This document shows, in pieces, positions 58,702 through 64,000 of a DNA stretch of 64,000 nt. The notes below the pieces were generated by a model that ran no database searches, was not told the origin of the DNA, and saw nothing but the letters and a program-made list of their open reading frames with translations. The position numbers and the translations under genes are program-made. Positions within the stretch are counted from its first letter, which is position 1; each line of letters starts with the position of its first letter. Origin of the DNA: Tubiluchus corallicola (Eukaryota; Animalia; Priapulida); assembly GCA_030141605.1 (NCBI GenBank), contig JAQGDQ010000354.1:139162-203161 (forward strand). Direction: 5' to 3'.

Positions 58702-61700
58702 AGTGATAGTGGTGCTGATGGTGATGGTGGTGGTGATGATGATGATAATGATAATGATGGTGATGAAGATGATAATTATGAGGATGACAATGATAATGGT
58801 GATAGTGATGGTGGTGATGATAATGGTGGTGATGATGATGATGGTGGTGGTGATTGTGCTTAGAACAGCAGCGACAATGACAGTAGAAACGGAAATTGTT
58901 GGTTTTGACTTGGTTTATTTTAGAATTTCTGTATTTAAATATACAAGGTACAACAAACGGATATAGAAATGGCTTCATACAAATTATCTAAATACATTCA
59001 GTTCAAGTAATAAAATGAATCTACGATTATTAAATTTTGAAGACAAACTTCTCCGAAAGACATGAAAGTCGCGACAAAAATTGAATTCGTGCCAGGACCT
59101 GTTTCACAAAGTAGTTAAGTTAACGACATCATTATTACATTCACTTAGTTATTAATAGCGACGTCGTTAAGTTAACGACATCTTTACTTCATTCACTTAG
59201 TTATTAATAGCGACGTCGCTAAGCTAACGACATCGTTATTGCATTCACTTAGTTATTAATAGCGACGTCGTTAAGTTAACGACATCTTTATTACATTCAC
59301 TTAGTTATTAATAGCGACGTTAAGTTAACGACATCGTTATTACATTCACTTAGTTATTAATAGCGACGTCGTTAAGTTAACGACATCTTTATTACATTCA
59401 CTTAGCTATTAATAGCGACGTCGTTAAGTTAACGACAACTTTATTACATTCACTTAGTTATTAATAGCGACGTCGTTAAGTTAACGACATCGTTATTACA
59501 TTCACTTAGTTATTAATAGCGACGTCGTTAAGTTAACGACATCGTTATTACGTTCACTTAGTTATTAATAGCGACGTCGTTAAGTTAACGACATCTTTAT
59601 TACATTCACTTAGCTATTAATAGCGACGTCGTTAAGTTAACGACAACTTTATTACATTCACTTAGTTATTAATAGCGACGTCGTTAAGTTAACGACATCG
59701 TTATTACATTCACTTAGTTATTAATAGCGACGCCGTTAAGTTAACGACATCGTTATTACATTCACTTAGTTAGTAATAGCGACGTCGTTAAGTTAACGAC
59801 ATTTTTTATTACATTCACTTAGTTATTAATAGCGACGTCGTTAAGTTAACGACATCGTTATTACATTCACTTAGTTATTAATAGCGACGTCGTTAAGTTA
59901 ACGACATCGTTATTACATTCACTTAGTTATTAATAGCGACGTCGTTAAGTTAACAATATTTTTATTACATTCACTTAGTTATTAATAGCGACGTCGTTAA
60001 GTTAACGACATCGCTATTACATTCACTTAGTTATTAATAGCGACGTCGTTAAATTAACAACATCGCTATTACATTCACTTTGTTATTAACAGCGACATCG
60101 TTAAGTTACATTAATCTTACTAACTGGGTCCGGGATCTTTGCAAGGCGAATATCATGAATACTAGGCTAGTAATTTGAGTAAATTTTCTGTGCAGTTTTT
60201 TAACCTATTTTAGCGTTACTTTTAAAAATACTGAAAGACCTCGATCAGAGAAAATAATGGAAAGATTATACGTGATATGGACTGGGTCAACGATGACGAC
60301 AAAAATGATGGCAGTGACGCTGAATTCGTGATTAGCCGTGTTGATGCTTATCTCATTCCAGCGTTATAGTACTGTTAAATTTAATCTTCTTAGTGAATAT
60401 AAGTAAGTTTTTTTGCAAGCATTGCACATATAACAAGTGCTTGTATACAATGCAATACATACCATACCATACCATACCATACCATACCATACCATACAAT
60501 ACCATACCATACCATACCATACCATACCATACCATACCATACCATACCATACCATACCATACCATACCATACCATACCATACCATACCATACCACTCCAC
60601 ACCACACCACACCACACCACACCACACCACACCACACCACACCACACCACACCACACCACACCATACCATACCATTCCATACCATCCCATCTCATCCCAT
60701 CCCATCCCATATCATTTCATAGAATCCCATCCCATCCCATCCCATACCATACCATACCATACCATACCATACCATACCATACCATACCATACCATACCAT
60801 ACCATACCATACCATACCATACCATACCATTCCATACCATACCATACCATACCATACCATACCATACCATACCATACCATACCATACCATACCATACCAT
60901 ACCATACCATACCATGCCATGCCATGCCATGCCATTCCATTCCATGCCATGCCATACCATACCATACCATACCATACAATGCAGTACAATACGATACAAT
61001 ATAATACAATGCAATGCAGTGCAGTGCTACGCACAATGCAATGCAGTGCTACGCACAATGCAATGCAGTACAATACAATACAAGTAACAGAATAATATTA
61101 TATGAACAATAACATCACAATTACAATTTACGCCTACGTGTAGTTTACAAATTTCAGGTATAACTATGTGTTTTCAGCTCTGACGTTTTGCCTTAACAAC
61201 CTCGCTACTCATTCTCGCATACAGAAGGATTTGTATGAAGAAATAAAGATTCATCTTGGAGATAAAAACTTGACACCAAAAGCTTTCCACGAGATTCAGT
61301 AAGTGCAGTGCAGCATTTCAGAATTCAAACTTCACTCTCTTTTAATGTTATGAACGCTGCGTGTGAATATTAAACATCGTATGAGTGCCTCTTTTTAATT
61401 ACTAATGTACTAACACATTACAGAAACAAGTAACTAATGCAATCGTACTATGTTTAAATTAAAATTGCTATAGTATGTTGCTTATAACTGTTCTAAAACT
61501 ACTTCTTTTTTATACTTTTTCTGCTTATATATGATGTTTGTATGTAGTTCGTACTATTTTTAGTGTCTGTATGTTTCATTGTTGGAATTCATATTTTCCT
61601 TTCTGGAGTCATACGTTCTCTGACATCTCTGTCATCTCTATCACTTTACTCCATGCTGTCCTGTCACCTGCAACCTCCCATGTCTCTGTGTTTTTGATAT

Positions 61701-62864
61701 CTAATGGTGTGTTGATAAGATCTTTTTAAATGAAATTGATGTAAGTCAGCAGCTGTCCTTCTTGTGGTATCTTTTCTGTCTGCAGTGCTTCTTTGAAAGC
61801 TAATTTTAATAGGCTGCCATCTGGTAGTCGTATAACATGTCCTATCCATCTTAATCTTCTCCTTTTGATTGTCCATTCCTCTGCCTTGACTTTATTATAC
61901 ACATCCTGGTTTGATATTTTCTTTGGTCATTTTAATCCTAGAATGTTCCAGTAGTTTCTTCTTTGAGATGCATCAATTTCTGATTTATGACGTGCTATAA
62001 TTGTTGAAATTGTAACATATGAAATAAATTCCGAACAGTTTTTTACTGACTTGATGACGTAATGGTCATGTGACATTAAACAGTGACGATATGTACTACA
62101 ATATCTATTCAGAATATCCGGCAGTGCCTTTCGTGCCTTCGCTTCCGGACATCGGAAGGTGGGAGGTAATTATGGTGAGGAGGGTGGGAGGTGAGATGCT
62201 GACAGCATTTCCGAGATGGCCTAGGGGTCCTCAAAGTGCTAATCTCTTTATAAGCGAGGGACTAGAGCTATGACTGTGCGTTTGATTTTCAGTTACATAA
62301 AGCAGGTCATATTTGAAACATTGGGACTTGGACAGATTGTTCCGTGCACTGCTAGAATCAGAGGCGAGGACTGCAGACTTGGAGTTTATGATATTCCAGC
62401 TAATGTATGTAAATATTGAAAGTTTTACTATTTCTTTCAGTTACAGTTCCCTTTCACTGAGTTCCTCAACCAATGACGAACATTTCAGACCTCATCTAGT
62501 CATCTTAGGCTTAAGTACTTAAGTATTACTTAGTTCAACAGCAGCAAAGTATTACAGCAGAAGCAGAAGCAGATGCAACAGCAGCAGCAGAGCAGCAGCA
62601 GCAGCAGCAAAAACATAGCCAGTAGCACCACCAGCAGCAGTAACAACAGCAACAGTTGTAGCAGAAACAGCACCAAGCGACAGCAACAGCGGCAAAAACA
62701 TAGCCAGTAGCACCACCACCACCACTACCACCAGCGGCAGTAGTAGCAGAAACATAGCCAGTAGCACCAGCAGCAGCAGTAGCAACAGCAACAGTTGTAG
62801 CAGAAACAGCGCCAAGCGACAGCAACAGCAGCAGAAACATAGCCAGTAGCACCACCACCACCAC

Positions 62865-62903
<39 letters not shown>

Positions 62904-63075
62904 CAACAGCAACAGTTGTAGCAGAAACAGCGCCAAGCGACAACAGTAGCAGAAGGGTACACCAGTAGCAACAGCTGCAGCGTTGGTTTTTTCATTTATT
63001 TTTTTTTCAGACGCCTGTTATCAATGCTATAGGCGTGGTGCTGTGGGATGAAGATATTTGGCCATTTCCTGATAA
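46371..63075 (+). CDS. CYP20-like cytochrome P450, tandem copy 2, 3'-partial; exons 46371-46423, 48112-48281, 54149-54294, 55555-55719, 57441-57507, 58097-58279, 61178-61298, 62293-62404, 63011-63075
   Basis: Internal exon lengths match copy 1 exactly (170, 146, 165, 67, 183, 121, 112, 65), with canonical splice sites and an open frame: [35 protein letters not shown]...IWPFPDK. The last two exons, including the heme Cys, would lie beyond 64000. Confidence 0.9.
46654..46873. mobile_element. Foldback/MITE with ~55-bp imperfect inverted repeats
   Basis: GAAAAGATTCT..TTTTTGTCACTTTTGC.A.AACTAGTTTCA is mirrored at about 46820-46873. Confidence 0.65.
46971..47232. repeat. (CA/CG)n microsatellite
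   Basis: Directly visible; flanked by short inverted repeats containing TCTAGAGG. Confidence 0.93.
47686..48095. mobile_element. Harbinger-like MITE abutting the copy-2 exon-2 acceptor
   Basis: TIR GCGTTCAGACT(A/G)G(T/C)GAGTTTT; internal ~123-bp direct repeat. Confidence 0.65.
48307..48713. mobile_element. hAT MITE, family F
   Basis: TIR TAGGGGTGAGCAT; perfect TSD GTCCTGGT. Confidence 0.92.
48955..52092. repeat. 80/81-bp intronic satellite, about 39 copies
   Basis: Unit CAGTAAATTATGCACTAATTATGTATTTACAAAAGCCAAATAGGTAATGATTAAGCAGACCTGTAGAAAAGAAATTGATA. Confidence 0.97.
52200..53370 (+). mobile_element. Degenerate non-LTR retrotransposon 3' portion
   Basis: Frameshifted translation [53 protein letters not shown], the typical LINE ORF2 region before the C-terminal zinc knuckle. 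Confidence 0.7.
53368..53760. repeat. (TAT)n and (TAG/CAG)n microsatellites
   Basis: Directly visible. Confidence 0.93.
53765..54092 (-). mobile_element. L2/CR1-like LINE 3' end
   Basis: Minus-strand translation [28 protein letters not shown]. Confidence 0.65.
54310..54683 (+). mobile_element. LTR-like family D copy
   Basis: AGTAAA...TTTACT flanked by a 5-bp direct repeat CTTTT; TATATAA and AATAAA in the sense orientation. Confidence 0.72.
55119..55313. repeat. ~97-bp tandem duplication
   Basis: CACAGTTAAACACGAAGGTTT..GAACTGCACAAGCTTT..CCACCAGC occurs twice. Confidence 0.85.
55820..56313. repeat. (GTT/GCT/GAT)n microsatellite
   Basis: Homologous to the start of 32090-33850. Confidence 0.93.
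56570..57378 (-). mobile_element. Kolobok-like family B element
   Basis: Ends CTGTCCTTTAA; colinear with 40670-41899 apart from the LTR. Left boundary approximate. Confidence 0.65.
57542..57888 (+). mobile_element. LTR-like family D copy with TATA-region deletion
   Basis: Matches 54310-54683. Confidence 0.72.
58346..58855. repeat. (GAT/GGT)n microsatellite
   Basis: Directly visible. Confidence 0.93.
59095..60131. repeat. 52-bp palindromic tandem array (about 19 copies), probably inside a Harbinger-like element
   Basis: Unit GTTAAGTTAACGACATCGTTATTACATTCACTTAGTTATTAATAGCGACGTC; ends GGACCTGTTTCACAAAG / AACTGGGTCC. Confidence 0.9.
60457..61082. repeat. (ACCAT/ACCAC)n pentanucleotide satellite
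   Basis: Directly visible; source of the WYGMV/HTIPY ORFs. Confidence 0.96.
61600..62020 (-). mobile_element. RTE-clade LINE 3' fragment
   Basis: Minus-strand translation [22 protein letters not shown]...[11 protein letters not shown], the RTE reverse transcriptase C-terminal signature, with an internal stop. Confidence 0.75.
62535..62980. repeat. (GCA/ACC)n-derived repeat with higher-order units
   Basis: Recurring AACATAGCCAGTAGCACC and AACAGTTGTAGCAGAAACAGC. Confidence 0.9.
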
Positions 63076-63162
63076 GTATGTTCAGTAACAATGTAACAAC
63101 TATAATGATACAGAGTTTATATGCTTAATGGGCTCACATAAATATCATTATGGTAATTAGGA

Positions 63163-63764
63163 ACATCATCACCATCATCATCATCATCATCGCCATCTTC
63201 ATCGTCATCATCATCATCATCATCGTCGTCGTCAACATCATCATCATCATCATCATCATTGTCATTATAGTCCATCATCTGTGCTTACGTCGTCGTCATC
63301 ATCATCATCATCATCATTACCACAATCATAGTCGTTATAATGATCATTTTTGCTCACATTGTCGTCATCACCATCATGACCACACAACGCCATTTTTGTA
63401 GTTATCACTGTCATAATCATTGTCGTCATCATCTTTACCACCAACACACTACCCTGCCACTGTCACTACCACTATCCATTATCCGATATTCCCGCTACTA
63501 CGACAGTGTTTATACCCAGGATCTAAAGTTAAGCATTGCCAGTTCTGTCTGGAAATTGTTTGATTTAGCTGATGAGATTAGCAAAGCACATTGCACCAGA
63601 ATGATGAAACAGCGGAGTTCTCAAGCGATAAATTACCTTTTTCATAGCACAAACCCATTCATATGTTTCCTAACGAAACAGTACTTTACACACATCATCA
63701 TCATCGTCATCGTCATCATTATCATCATCATCATCACCACCACCACCACCATCATCATCACCAT

Positions 63765-63853
<89 letters not shown>

Positions 63854-63854
63854 T

Positions 63855-63898
<44 letters not shown>

Positions 63899-63915
63899 AT
63901 CATCATCATCACCAT

Positions 63916-64000
<85 letters not shown>
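63163..64000. repeat. (ATC)n microsatellites
   Basis: Directly visible at 63163-63445 and 63694-64000. Confidence 0.93.

Overview
AT-rich, repeat-dense eukaryotic DNA, most likely from an invertebrate metazoan; no prokaryotic features. Four spliced genes were reconstructed by hand from splice sites and frame continuity, all on the + strand. (1) Six 3' coding exons of the mitochondrial citrate carrier SLC25A1, with one obligatory GC-AG intron. (2) A complete 137-aa secreted two-domain Kazal protease inhibitor with extra cysteines. (3, 4) A tandem pair of CYP20-like cytochrome P450 genes, the second running off the window end. The P450s are atypical: K-helix ExxR is replaced by ExxG in both, the I-helix has no AGxE/DT motif, and no N-terminal membrane anchor is visible, yet the heme Cys motif is intact in copy 1. 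The two copies alternate between near-identical and very divergent exons, which suggests gene conversion. Introns hold hAT-, Kolobok-, pogo- and Harbinger-like MITEs, solo LTRs, LINE 3' fragments, tRNA-derived SINEs, satellites and microsatellites. One Kolobok-like composite appears to have captured the Kazal exon-2 splice acceptor. Most ORFs in the supplied track are microsatellite artefacts.
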